64,000 bases of DNA, taken from positions 112,656,001-112,720,000 of the forward strand of contig NW_024704742.1 of NCBI RefSeq assembly GCF_018977255.1, written 5' to 3'. Shown in pieces: positions 52,090 through 64,000 of the stretch. How positions within the stretch are numbered: position 1 is the stretch's first letter; the number at the start of each line of letters is the position of its first letter. The notes under the pieces were generated by a model. That model had not been told where the DNA came from. It did not search any database and was given only the letters and a program-made list of their open reading frames with translations. Both the position numbers and the translations under genes were made by a program. This stretch comes from Callorhinchus milii (lineage: Eukaryota).

Positions 52090-52385
52090 TCATAAATATA
52101 GGATGACCACCAGCAGATCTAAATTTTCAAATCTAAACAATTTTTTAACACAGAGGGTGGAGAGAATGAGGAACTCACTATCAGAACCTGCAGTTAACGT
52201 GGAAAACATGAATGCATTTAAAACGAAATTCAATGCACCAATGAGGGAGAAGAGAGGCATATGGGAGGTAAATAGAGAGAGGGAATTAGGAGGGATGGAG
52301 GCTCACGTGGAGTATAAACACTGGCATGGACTAGTTGGGCCAAATGACTTGCTTCAGTACTTTACAGTCTATTAATTTTTTACAT
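52090..52385 (+). mobile_element. Old CR1 3' fragment
   Basis: FLTQRVERMRNSL (decayed FFTQRVV..WNSL) followed by a CR1-like 3' UTR. Confidence 0.8.
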
Positions 52386-53265
52386 GTTAGAAAACAATAC
52401 ATGTATTGTAATTATACACAGTCTTCTGAGCTTTCTATATTAAATTAACAGCATTTTCAGTTTAAGTTACAATAAACAATAACTTGGTGTGGCAAATAGT
52501 GATGCTGTGTTGAACCTGCATCAACAGAAAATCTGTCTCAAGCATATCTATAATTCAGTAATATTATTACTTACAGTGAATGCCTGCCTAAAGTAAATAC
52601 TCAAATAAGACTGAAAGCAACCTGCTGTATTTAATGGGACTTTATTTGTTAATGTTATTACTAGATTAACCTTTTTTTCCAGACTTCTAAAAGATCATTC
52701 ATAATAGATATTAAGTTGTTATATTTTGTCATAAAATTTGGATAGCACACAAATGTTCTTTTCTTTTTTTGGACTGTTGGAACCATATTTAAGAACATAA
52801 TCTGACAGTGGTTAAAATGCAGTTTAATAACTTTCAGAATGATTTCTCTACTCTGACTAAACTCTCCTTCCTTCCTTTCTTTGCAGAGAGTGTGGGGACC
52901 AGTGACACCAAGTGCAGTCAAACCCACTATCACTCCTCACAGTAGTAGTTTGGGATTTTATGGATGCCATACATCGCATTAAAGTGACGCTCCACCGTAA
53001 TTATATAATTACACCTTTGTATTATACATCAAAACAGGAAAATGATTTGTAATACGTTATCAAAGAAGTTGTTATACTGCACTTCACAAATTCATTTATA
53101 ACACGGTTGCAATGTGGACCCTTTACATTGCACGCTGACAGATCTCATTCACCGGCCGGCTTTTCACGTTAATAGGACGACTTGTACATCATTAGTTCAC
53201 CATCACCATCCCTTTAAAGATGGGTTGCTTTAAGGGTGAGAATTTACAAGGACAATTCTTTCCAG

Positions 53266-54068
53266 AAAGTAGAAGATGTCACCCCATACATCCTATAGGA
53301 AGGAGGTACCGACGAGAAAGACATTTGGGCTTCAGCCATTCTACTTCTTATTCTGCTGAAGAAATAATGGTGGCAACAAAAATAGATATGAAAGGGAATA
53401 TTTTTAATGATCAAAACAATAGAAAGCACTGGAGGGGCATAAAATGTGCAATTCTTAGATCCAAGCACTTCTTCGCAGCAACATAGCTGAGGGATGTTGG
53501 AAGGTCAGTTGCCAGCTGAAGTACAGTTGATTTGCGATAAACACATAACTGCTTTGCCAATACATGTTCTGCTTGGATTGGGGACTGTATAAGTTTCAGA
53601 TGAAAGTATCCAATTTGCACGTCTCTGTGCCACAGCCCATTTAATCAGTCACTCAGCAATCGATCTGGATGAAAACAACAGAAAGCACTTCATTTTATAC
53701 CAAAGCGGCAGCACATCAGAAATCAGCTTCTGTTTCTCTTTGCAATGTGGCATGGGTTAACTATAATTTTTGTTGTATAGAGTTTGTTTCAAAAATGAAG
53801 ACTGTAGGGAAAATGTATTTGTGTATTAGGAATTCAGCATGATAAAAGTCAGTGATACATGGTGGCTTTGGTACACCGTAATTCTATACTTGAACCAGAA
53901 TTAAGCCTGGATCAATATCCACTTACTGAATCGATTATATGGTCACATTAGCCCTAGATTGTCCTAGATTTATGACAAACATGGTTATGTTCACTGGCTA
54001 TTCACTATAGCTCTCTGTGTATACCACAATCCTTCCTATAGGATGTATGGGGTGACATCATCTACTTT
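53266..54068. repeat. 39-bp inverted repeat pair (53266-53304 and 54030-54068)
   Basis: AAAGTAGAAGATGTCACCCCATACATCCTATAGGAAGGA and its reverse complement, one mismatch. Confidence 0.95.
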
Positions 54069-54349
54069 AATACAGTTATTATATAAACCAAGCTTTGAAC
54101 AATAATATGCCAAAGACTATCAATCAGAGGGTCCAGAGTAGTTCATTACTGTTGTAAATGGAACCACAAAAAGGCTGCCAAATATCACAGACCAGATGTT
54201 CCCATGGATCCTAGGGCACAACACTTAATAATTTATGCATTCATTTGTCCGACTTGGAAAAATAGGATTGCACAGAACTACAAAAGATCACTGCAGTTCA
54301 TCTGGCTAGTTTTAATGTAAAAACCTAAACTTTAAAAAATCACCCACTC

Positions 54350-55420
54350 TATTCTGTATCTCATGCTTCTAAATTAATTTCTTCACCAAATTGCTATCTA
54401 GTTCCCTCCTGAATTTGCTGTCATAGTTTAATTCTGATGCTTTCCAATGCTGTCCTGTCTTTTTACCATTGTCTGTAAAAAATAATTAAATGTCTGTTCA
54501 CTTTCCCTCATCAGAGATTGAGCCCTATCCTCGTTCTGGATTTTTGGATCATATTAAACATCTGGGTGTAATGTGCTACATTTGTATACTGTATCTGTGA
54601 TAATTCTGGAATTAAATTTGCTAAGATCAAAACAGTTTTAAAATTTTTTCAAAATTGCTCACTGCTTTTTCCAAAAGTCAGCAAAGAGAAGAAGACATGG
54701 AGGGTAAAGCATTTTGTAAGATAATAGCTTTGGCCATAGCACTCGTCCCTGAGGAATCCAGCAAGTTGCTTCCTTCCATGCTGATGCTGCTTCATGTGCT
54801 GTTGATTCTTATCATCTAGCCAATTGCAATCCACTTTAACTGCTGTCTTAAATGCTGTCTTTTAACTGTGTGGACCAATTTCCTTTGTAGCAACACGATG
54901 TCAAAAATGTTGCTAAAATCTAGCATTCTTGGAATTTCCTTTTCCTTGTCTTAGACATTCCACTGCAACTTAGACAAAGTTTTCTCTACAAGCAAGTGTA
55001 TATATGAAGGATACATTTTTGCTGATTTCTCCATCCAGATGTCCTGTTATTTCTCCCTGATTTGCCACATACCCATTCCCTTCAATAAAGTCACGCTGAA
55101 TCCCTCTTATAAATCTATATTTCACTGGGTGCTGCATTATTCGCTTCTACAAGATTCTCAGTGGAGCTAAGCCTGGTGTTTGTGTCGGGGGAGTTGGTGA
55201 GGGGTGGGGGCATGGGTGGCACAGTTCTGGATCGTCTGTAGCTTATGTAGGGAGGTACTGGGGAGTTCAGCGAATTAGGCCATTGGAATCTAGCACTCTT
55301 GGAATTTCCTTGCCCTGTCTTAGACTTAGACAGATTTTCCTCCACAAGCAAGGGTACAAAGGATAAATCTTTGCTGAATTCTCCGCCCAGACGTTCTGTT
55401 ATTTTTCCCAAGAACTGGAT
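54350..55420 (-). mobile_element. Highly degraded CR1 RT fragments including a diverged ~130-bp duplication
   Basis: Minus strand QRDF.EG (decayed QHGF), LDFSNIFDIV, NWLDDKNQ and GIPQGRVLWP. Confidence 0.65.
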
Positions 55421-56444
55421 GTGATGAAGGGATGAGAGGTAGTGGTGGAGGTGGGTGACGTTGTTGTGTAGAGGGAAAGCTGAACTAGTGAGCCTAAATA
55501 ACAGTTGGTTCCAAAATAAACAAGTTGATGATAATGTGTGGCTATCTTTCTTACAGAAGTTGTTGGGGTACATTAGCTTCATGATCAGTCTGTGCATTCA
55601 CCCATTAACTAGAAGATTGACAGGAGCCAATGTTACAGTGATATCTTACAACAAAATGACAACTCATAAGGAACAAGAACTTGATTTCAAATGTCAAAGG
55701 CTAAGTGAATCAGAGAGGAGGATAATTTGAATGCAGGAAAGTGGATTTGCAAACAAAACAAGAGGTTTCTGTTAGTTATGCTCTAAAGATGCTGGTACAG
55801 CAGTTGATAATCTTCCCAAAGACCCCAGGAAACACATTAGATTCTTGTTGAACAATGAATGATGTTGAATTCCTCAAATATGTTGAGCAGCAACAATACA
55901 CAATTAAATGGGGGAATATTGTGGTCTGAAAATATAAGGGCGTGACATTCTGTGATGATAAGGTGAATCTCTTGACTTGAAATCAGAAGGGAAAGCTTGC
56001 TGCAAATTAATGAGGTGAAGATAATCTGAAACAGAACGCCCACAGCTATTAATTTAGAGATGATGGTGGGGAATTATTACACTGGAGAATATAATTGACA
56101 ATTAAGTGGATGGATCTGATGGCAGAAGAGCTAAGAGCCAATGCTACTTGGAAAACTAGCATTTCATCAAACGAAAATAGCACAGGAAACACACAAAGGC
56201 CCACAGATTGTCAAAATCCATTTTACACACCAATTACACACTACATAGCTATTCTAAAACAAAATGGACACACAAAAGTGCAAGGCAATTACTTTGTGAC
56301 TCTAAATAGATGTTGTACAAGTGATTATTTTACATCTAATTTACTCCATTGGAATGTGAGAATATTTGATTTTATATTTTTCATTTAGGAGGCAATATAA
56401 CTACGAGTTCTGTAAGAGAATTAAGTGTTATAACTAAGGGTTAT

Positions 56445-56745
56445 ATCTGACAGATGTGGAAACCAAACACTCTGCTTATGAATATCCAAACCACACTGAG
56501 AGTTCTGCAAGGCATACACATGGAAATTCTCCTGCGTCTAGAATGAAAGTGCACTCTCTCAATGGAGACACACAACTTACTTACCTAATCCAGAGAGTAT
56601 TAGGCCACAGGGTGGTGAGAGCCAAGTCTTGGGTCTCACCCCAGTGTGTGCATTGTGGTACTGCTGGCGTTTAACCAGCTAAACCCTCATACTTTGCCAT
56701 TGAGAGCACTGCCTGGCAATTTTTCCACTGCTTGTGTAGCTAAAT
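56445..56745 (-). repeat. Repeat 'X' fragment
   Basis: Reverse complement of the distal half of the 42826 and 47717 copies (GAGAGCCAAG, TTTAACCAGCTAAA, TTGCCATTGAGAGCACTG). Confidence 0.82.
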
Positions 56746-58040
56746 TAACTAGACTAAAATAAAAATGCAAAACACGTGACTTGCTGCAGGCCATTTTGTA
56801 GCTGGTGCGGTACTTTTTCTCATGGAAAAGTTATTGCTTAGTGTTATTCTGTTTTCACCCAATGCCCACACACTTATACTTTCCATTAGGGGAATCACTA
56901 GCGATAGCGATCAGGAATATGAATGCTGGATGGTCCTCCTCTCCCCACCCCTCCCAAAGCAAGTTCGCTGAATCCACGGTGGGGATATTGTCTAGAGTAC
57001 AGTACTGTAGTAAATGTGTCAGTTTATTGAATGATAGATGATGGATGACATTAATATGGGGAAATAGAAATATATCCAATAGTCTTCCTGAGATGAATAA
57101 AAATGTCACTTCAATTTCACCAGTACTTTTTCCATGCAACTCTGGCAAAGTTGAGATCAATGCTTACTTGCACTTTATGTGGTGCTTTGTTTATTTCTTT
57201 TGTAAGATGTGTTTTTTTTTGAAAGAACGAAGTATCAACAAAAAATATACATATTGGAAAGCAACACAAATGTTTTGTTATTTTGATACTTTGTTAATAA
57301 TGGATCATGGGAAAAATGTAATTATTTTAACTAATAATGTAGGTTAGTTTACAAGCCAGTGTTCACTATTCGTTTGAGTTCAAAACATTAATAATTTAAT
57401 AATCTCAACAGTTTTCTAGGAGCTGTTGTCAACTCCACTCAATAAGCAGTCCTCACTTTGCCAGAGCTTTGCATGACCATAGTTCATTCTGCTTAACAGT
57501 GCTTTCAGCTTAAAGTGGGTTTTGTCTGCGAATAAATCACAAATATTCTGATTCTTTCAAAGGTTTTTTATTTAATGCAAAAAAAACTCGTCACAGTAAG
57601 GTAAAATAATGATGTTTTCAGTTTGAGTGTGAACAAAAGTGGCCTTAGTCTTGGTTGAAATTCTTTATGATGAAATCTCAGCCCATTAACGTGTGTTTTT
57701 ATTATTCATCTGAACAGCAAGAGGCTGACAAATCCCAGAACAGTTTAATAATGTATCCTTTGCATGTGTATGTTCTATCTTTTTCTTTCACTGTGTAACC
57801 TCTCTGTGTTTAAAAATAAAATGTTGAGTTGCATGTTCATCAAAGTGAGAGATGGCATCACTGGAGAATAGACGTGCCAGGGGTAGATATATTTGTTATA
57901 TGCTTAACTCATTAAAAATATCTGGAAGAATAATCGAGCACCAATATCAATATGTCATATTTGTCAGGCTTCAAAATATACTCACAAAGTGGATGCTTAA
58001 TACATCTATGGATTTATTCAGGTATTTTGTAAATGACTTT

Positions 58041-60597
58041 CAACAACAACAACATCAAGATTCCATTTATAGAGCGCCTTTCACGTCGGGAGAACGTCCC
58101 AAGGCACTGTACAGTTGGGTCAGGACCCGAGCAGGGGGGAAATGGTGAGGAGGGGAAGGGGGAGCGAGTAGGGGGTAGAGAGTTGAGAGGGGAGCTGAAG
58201 GCACAGTCAAAAAGAAAGGTCTTGAGACCGGCCTTGAAGGAGGAAAGGGAGGAAGCAAGGCGAAGGCACTGGGGGATAGAGTTCCAGAGCCTCGGGGCTG
58301 AGAGGCTGAAGGCCCAGCAATGATGGTGGGGTGGGGGATGTGGAGCAGACTGGAGCCAGAGGAACGGAGGGTACGGGCAGGTAAGTAGGGGGATAGTAGG
58401 TTGGAGAGTTAGGAGGGAGCAAGGCCGTGAATGGCCTTGTAGGTGAGGATGAGGATCTTGAATTCGATCCTCTGGGGGATGGGGAGCCAGTGGAGGCGAG
58501 CGAGGGTGGGAGTGATGTGGTCGCGAAGCCTGGTGCGGGACAGTACACGAGCTGCAGAGTTCTGAATGACCTGCAGCTTGTGGAGGGAGGTGGCGGGAAG
58601 GCCGGCGAGGAGAGAGTTCCCATAGTCCAGCCTTGAGGTGATAAAGGCGTGGACCAGAGTTTCAGCAGCGTGAGGGGTGAGGTAGTGCCGTAGTCTGGCG
58701 ACATTCCGGAGGTGATGGAAGGCGGTGCCAGTTGTGGTGCGGATATGGGGGAGAAAGGACAGCTCAGGGTCGAACAGAACACCGAGGTTCCTGATTGGCT
58801 TTGAGAGGTGGAGAGTGCAGCCTTGGATGCTGATGCTGTCAGCGCCTGAGGTGCGGAGGCGCTGACGAGAGCCAATCAGGAGGGCCTCAGTTTTGCGCAC
58901 GTTGAGCTGAAGAAAGTTGTCTCTCGTCCAGGACTCGATGTCGGACAGGCAGCTGTCAGGACATCGGGGGTCGTGGAGTTGAGGGTAGAGGAGGAAAGGT
59001 AGAGTTGGGTGTCATCCGCATACATGTGGAAGTTAACCCCATGTCTGCGGATGATGTCACCAAGGGGGAGCATATAGAGGGTGAAGAGGAGGGGACCGAG
59101 GACAGAGCCCTGAGTGACACCGCACGAGACAGTGTGGGGGCTGGAGGTAAAGCCAGGGCAGTTTCTGTGCTATGGGCAGCACGGAAACCCGACTGAAGGG
59201 GTTCGAATAATCAATGGGTGGAGAGGAAAGAGCGCAACTGGGAGGCGACAACTCGTTCAAGGACCTTGGACAGGAAGGGGAGGTTGGAGATGGGCCGGTA
59301 GCTTGATAGCTGCGACGCATCAAAGGAGGGTTTTTTCAAGGTGGGAGTGATGGTGGCAGTTTTTAAGGGAATGGGAACAGAGCCAGAGGAGAGGGACAGG
59401 TTGACGATGTCTGTGATATGTGGGGCAAGGAGGTGGAGCTGGGAGTTAAGGAAGTGACCGCGGAGTGGATTCCCTTGATTTTGGATTGAAGGAAATCCAG
59501 CATCTCCTCACAGTGAAGGTTGGAGGAGATGACCTGCGCGGGTGGCGGGGGGGACGGAGGAGTCAGGATGTGGTAGAAAACAGAAGCCTGGAGTTGTTCT
59601 TCACCTCCAGGATTATCCTGGAGTAGAAGGACAACTTGGCCGAGGCTAGAGTGGAGCGGTAGATTTTGAGGAGATCCAGCCAGATTTGTCGGTGGGCCGT
59701 TAGGCCAGATTTGATGCAGGTGCTTTCAGTGGCCCGCACCTGGCTCTTCAGTGAGCGGAGGTGGGTGGTGAACCAGGGGGAGGAGCGAGAGTAGGAGACA
59801 GTACAGGAGGTGATGGGGGCAAGAGTGTCGAGTGTGGAGGAGAGGGTGTTGTGGAGGAGGGTGAGAGGAGAAGAGAGTCAGTGAGGGTTGAAGGCCAGAG
59901 GGAGAGGAGTTCAGAGGACTCCAAGGCAGCGGTTAGGGATTGTGAGGGTAACTTCTTCCAGGGGCGGTAAAAGATGGTGGTGGTTCTGGTGGAGGTGGGG
60001 AGGGGGTGGAGGTGGTGAAGGAGATGAAGTGGTGATCGGAGACGGCCTTGTCGGTGATAGTGACATTGAGGCCCCGGGTGATCACCAAGTCGAGTGGGTG
60101 GCCGCGACTGTGAGTGGGGGAGTTGATGTGGAGGGAGAGGTTGAGCGAGGAGAGCAGGGAAGAGAAGTCTGAGGAGATGGAGCAGGAGGGGGTGAATTGC
60201 AGGTTGTAGTCGCCCAGGATGATGAGGCGATCAGAACAGAGGCAGAGAGATGTAAGAAGTGTCGAAATATCGGAGATGAAGGTGGGAGAGGTTTTGGGGT
60301 CCGGTAGAGGAGGAGGGTTTTGAGTGAGAGGAGGGAGGGGTGGGAGAGGGTGAGGTGCTCGAACGAGGGGAAAGAGCCAGAGGAGTAGGGGGATAGGGCA
60401 CGTGGTGTCCTTGAGACAAGGGAGTTGGGGCGAGGGATGTGGTGGGCGGTGTAGCCGGGTGGTGTGGCCTCCTTGAGGGCGAAGGTGTCGCCTGGGGTGA
60501 GCCAGGTTTCTGTTAAGGCCATGATGTCAACACTCTCATTAAGGATGAGATCGTTGATGACCAGGGCCTTGTTACAGAGGGAGCGGACGTTTTGTAG
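58041..60597 (-). mobile_element. L2 subfamily b spanning APE to 3' tail, with internal deletions
   Basis: LQNVRSL..DIMALTETW at the 5' end, ILGDYN, SDH, YADD, LHWLPI; (CAA)n tail at 58041. Confidence 0.97.
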
Positions 60598-60764
60598 TCT
60601 GTGCCAACTCTTTGAAAAGAGCTATCCAAATCAATCCTATTGTTGAGACATCTCAAAGTGCTTCACAGAAAACACTGTAAAGTGATTGCCTGTATTTTGT
60701 AGGTGAAACTGAGCCAAATCACTTGAATAAGGTATCAGAAGCTAACTGATGCTTGTGGAACCAT

Positions 60765-60932
60765 AATAATAATCCTAGCATTTGATATAGCACCTTATCA
60801 CGTCTTTGAGATGTCTCAAAGCGCTTCACAGAATATACTGTAAAGTGAATTGACTGTATATTTTGTGGGCAAAACACAGCAGCCAATTTCACACAACAGT
60901 GTCCCACAACCAATTGTAAATTGAATGACCAA
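60765..60932 (-). mobile_element. SINE family A 3' fragment
   Basis: (TAA)n tail and 3' module; a second partial tail at ~60640-60715. Confidence 0.8.
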
Positions 60933-60935
60933 GTT

Positions 60936-63057
60936 CATAGAATCATAGGACTATACAGCACAGAAGGAGTCAATTTGGCCCATCTTGTCTGTGTCGGCTC
61001 TTTGAAAAGAGCTATCCAAGTCAATCTCACTCCCCCGCAATCTCCCCTTAACCCTGCAAACTTGTGTTCCCCAAATAATTATCTACTTCTCTCTTAAAAG
61101 TTGTTATCTAATTGGGTTCCACCACACTTTCAGACAATAAATTCCAGATCCGAACACTCGCTGTGTGATAAAAAAATGATCCTCACCTCCCCTCTGTTTC
61201 TTTTGTGGAGTCCTGTAGCTCAGTGGCTAAAGCACTCGCCTCACAAGCAAGAGACCTGGGTTCGATTCCCAGCAGGGCAAAATGTTGGGCAAGTTTCCTT
61301 ACTCCACATAACTCTGTTTACCTAGCAGTAAGCAGGAACCCTGTTGTTAGTTGATTGGCGGATCACTTTTCCAGGGATATTAATTCCTTAAAATAAATTG
61401 GTTACTTCAATCCACGACTGTTTGTGGGATGCTGTTGTGCACAATTGGCTGCCGCATTTTGCCCACAAAATACAGTCAATTGACTTTACAGCATATTCTG
61501 CAAAGTGCTTTGAGACATCTCGAAGAAGTGACAAGGTGCTATATTATTATTATTATTTAACAACTATTTTAAATTGATGTCCTCGGGTTACCGACCCACA
61601 CACCAGTGGAAATAATTTCTCCTTGCTCACCCTATCAAATTCGCTCATAATTTTGAAAGCTTCTATTAAGCCTCCTCTTAACCTTCTCTGCTCCAAGGAG
61701 AATAATCCTAGTTTCTCCAGCATCCCCTCATAACTGAAGTCCTCATTCCTGGTTCCATCCTGGTAAATCTCCTTTGTACCCCCTCCAATGCCTTGACATC
61801 CTTCCTAAAGTGTGATGCCCAGAACTGAACACAGTACTCTAGCTGAGGCCTAACCAGTGTTTTGTACAGAGTCATTATAACTTCCTGATTTTTGTATTCT
61901 ATGCCCTATTTATAAAGCCTAGTATCCCATATGCTTTTTTAACAGCTTCATCTACCTCTCCTGCCAACTTGAAAGATTTATTTATATGAACCCCCAGGTT
62001 TCTCTGTTCCTTCACCCCCTTTAAGATTGTACCATCAGCTTATATTTCCTTTCCCAAAATACAATACTTCGTATTTATCCACATTAAACTTCATCTGCCA
62101 CATATCTGCCCATTCTATCAGTCTGTCTATGTTCTCTTGTAATCTGTTACTATCCTCCTCACTGTTTACTACTTTTCCTAGCTTAGTATCATCTGCAAAT
62201 GTGGAAATTGTATTCCTTATACCCAACTCCAGGTCATTTATATAGATCAAAAACAGCAGTAGTCCCAATACTGACCCCTCGGGGACACCGCTGCACACTT
62301 CCCTCCAATCAGAAAAACAACTGTTCACCACCACTCTCTGCTTTCTGTCTTCCAGTCAGTTCTGTATCCATGCTGCCTCTGTCTCTTTAATATCGTGGGC
62401 TTCTATTTTGCTTACAATTATCTTATGTGGTACTTTATCAAGCGTCTTTTGAAAATTCATATAAACTACATCAACTGCACTAACTTCATCCACCCTCTCC
62501 GTTACTTCATCAAAAAAGCCTGTCAGATTTGTTAGACATGATTTTCCTTTAACAAGTCAGTGTTGGCTGTCCTCTATTAACTCATATTTTTCTAAATGAA
62601 AATTTATTTTCTCCCAGGTCTCCACTTAAGTGGCCTTAGTCTCAGATAAATGGCCACTCAACTTATAGTCTCCACTTAATTTTCCCCAATACTGACGTTA
62701 GGCTGACTGGCCTACAGTTCCCACATTTATCCTTCCGCCCCTTTTTGTACAGGGGAGTAACATTTCCAACCCTCCAGTCCTCTGCACCACCCCTGTGTCT
62801 AAGGAGGATTGAAAGATTGTGGCCAGAGCCTCCATTATTTCTACCCTTACTTCTCTCAGTAACATAGGATGCATCCCGTCCGGACCGGGTGACTTATCTA
62901 CCTTGAGCACCGATAACCCTTTTAGTACCTCCTCTCGGTTTATTCTTATCTTATCCAATTTCTCTACTCTCTCCTCCAATACTGTGACATTGGCTGCATC
63001 CTCTTCTTTTGTGAAGACAGATGCAAAGTATCCATTCAGTATGTCTGCCATTCCTTA
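60936..63057 (-). mobile_element. 5'-truncated CR1 LINE with RT domain
   Basis: MADILNGYFASVFT, KSPGPDGMHP, SGVPEGSVLG, FADDTKL, WQMKFNVDK; terminal CTATGATTCTATG on minus. Confidence 0.96.
61207..61557 (+). mobile_element. SINE family A (long form) inserted in CR1
   Basis: A-box TAGCTCAGTGG, B-box GGTTCGATTCC, CORE-like block, (TTA)n tail. Confidence 0.93.
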
Positions 63058-63581
63058 ATGAAGAATTCTCACTCTGTTCTACCTCACTCAGTTCCCTCCT
63101 CATGCTGCTGGGCTCCCTGCTCAAGATTTATCTCATTGTGTTGTTGCTTTGTTCATGAAACATGAGAATGTATAGAATGTATTCTAGTTCCTGGATTCAT
63201 GGATTCATTAATAATAACCCTTGCATTCAATATAGTGCTTTTCACATCGGGAGGATGTCTCTAAGAGCTTCACAGGATTTAATGTAACGTTAGTGCCATG
63301 TATTTTGAGGGGAACATGTCAGCCAATTTGTTCTAAAACAACTTTTTCTGCCTTCAGAATATTTTAACCATTTTGATAGTTTTCTACATGCAACAGAAAG
63401 CTCTGGAGAGACTTGCTCAGACAATAAACAATTTTACTGATCAATGTCCCAGAATAGAGAGGGGAAATCAACCAGGGAGTTGTCCCCTCTTCTAAGACAT
63501 GAAATTTCTTATGATCACAGCCTTAATTTTTAAAAGTTTGGTATTATTCTTAAATTCAATCTTAATTTGCAAGTTGTTTTT

Positions 63582-64000
63582 ATAATAATATTGTATTTGT
63601 TATAGCACCTTTCACATCAGGGGATTTCTGAAAGCAGGATTTATTGTAAAGTGCAGTGACTGTGTGTTTTGTAGATGAACACATCAGCCAATTTGCACAC
63701 AGCAGTATCCCACAAATAGCCACAAAGTGAATGACCAATTTTATCTGGGGGATTGTTTGCCGTGAGGAGAAACTCCCTTCTGTTTTTGAATAGTGCCATG
63801 GGATCTTTCACATCCACCTGAACAGACAGACTGGGCCTCGGTTTAAAGTCTCCATTTGAACGACAGCAGCTTTGATGAAGCAGTGCTCCCCCAACATTGC
63901 AATGGAATGCCAGCCTAGTTTGTGAGCTTAAAGTCCTGATGGGAGGCTTGAACGTATAACCTTCTGACTCAGAAGCAAATGTGATACCAACTAAGCCAGC
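63582..64000 (-). mobile_element. Deu-domain SINE, near full length
   Basis: Head at the window end, Deu core TAGTGCCATGGGATCTTTCACATCCACCTGAACAG on +, L2-like tail. Confidence 0.88.

Noticed and set aside
59760..60030. G-rich tracts as functional G-quadruplexes
   Set aside because: They reflect the general C-rich sense strand of L2; nothing is specific to this site
76..63058. Long ORFs in the track (e.g. 76-906, 7628-9042, 40349-40993, 58207-58900, 62035-63051) as host genes
   Set aside because: They are frameshifted L2/CR1 ORF2 pieces or low-complexity shadow frames of those elements

Overview
Eukaryotic, repeat-rich genomic DNA with no convincing host-gene exon, RNA gene or prokaryotic feature; it reads as a large intron or intergenic region. 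The repeat complement (L2 LINEs with (TTG)n tails, CR1 LINEs with ATTCTATG-type tails, tRNA-derived CORE- and Deu-domain SINEs) suggests a cartilaginous fish, possibly a chimaera; this is inference only. Nearly all long ORFs in the track are frameshifted L2/CR1 ORF2 pieces or their antisense shadows. The most notable items are: (i) a decayed non-L2/non-CR1 LINE at ~27.8-29.5 kb (RTE/RTEX-like) that keeps its endonuclease half but lacks the RT; (ii) a modular SINE joining a tRNA head, a CORE-like domain, the 3' module of the Deu-SINE and an L2 stem-loop tail; (iii) an unclassified ~600-bp repeat in five copies; (iv) LF-SINE-like and AmnSINE2-like relics; (v) a ~135-bp palindrome, a 39-bp inverted-repeat pair and a perfect 73-bp direct repeat. 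No new gene system is supported. Family names come from recalled consensus motifs, not database searches, and element boundaries are approximate.
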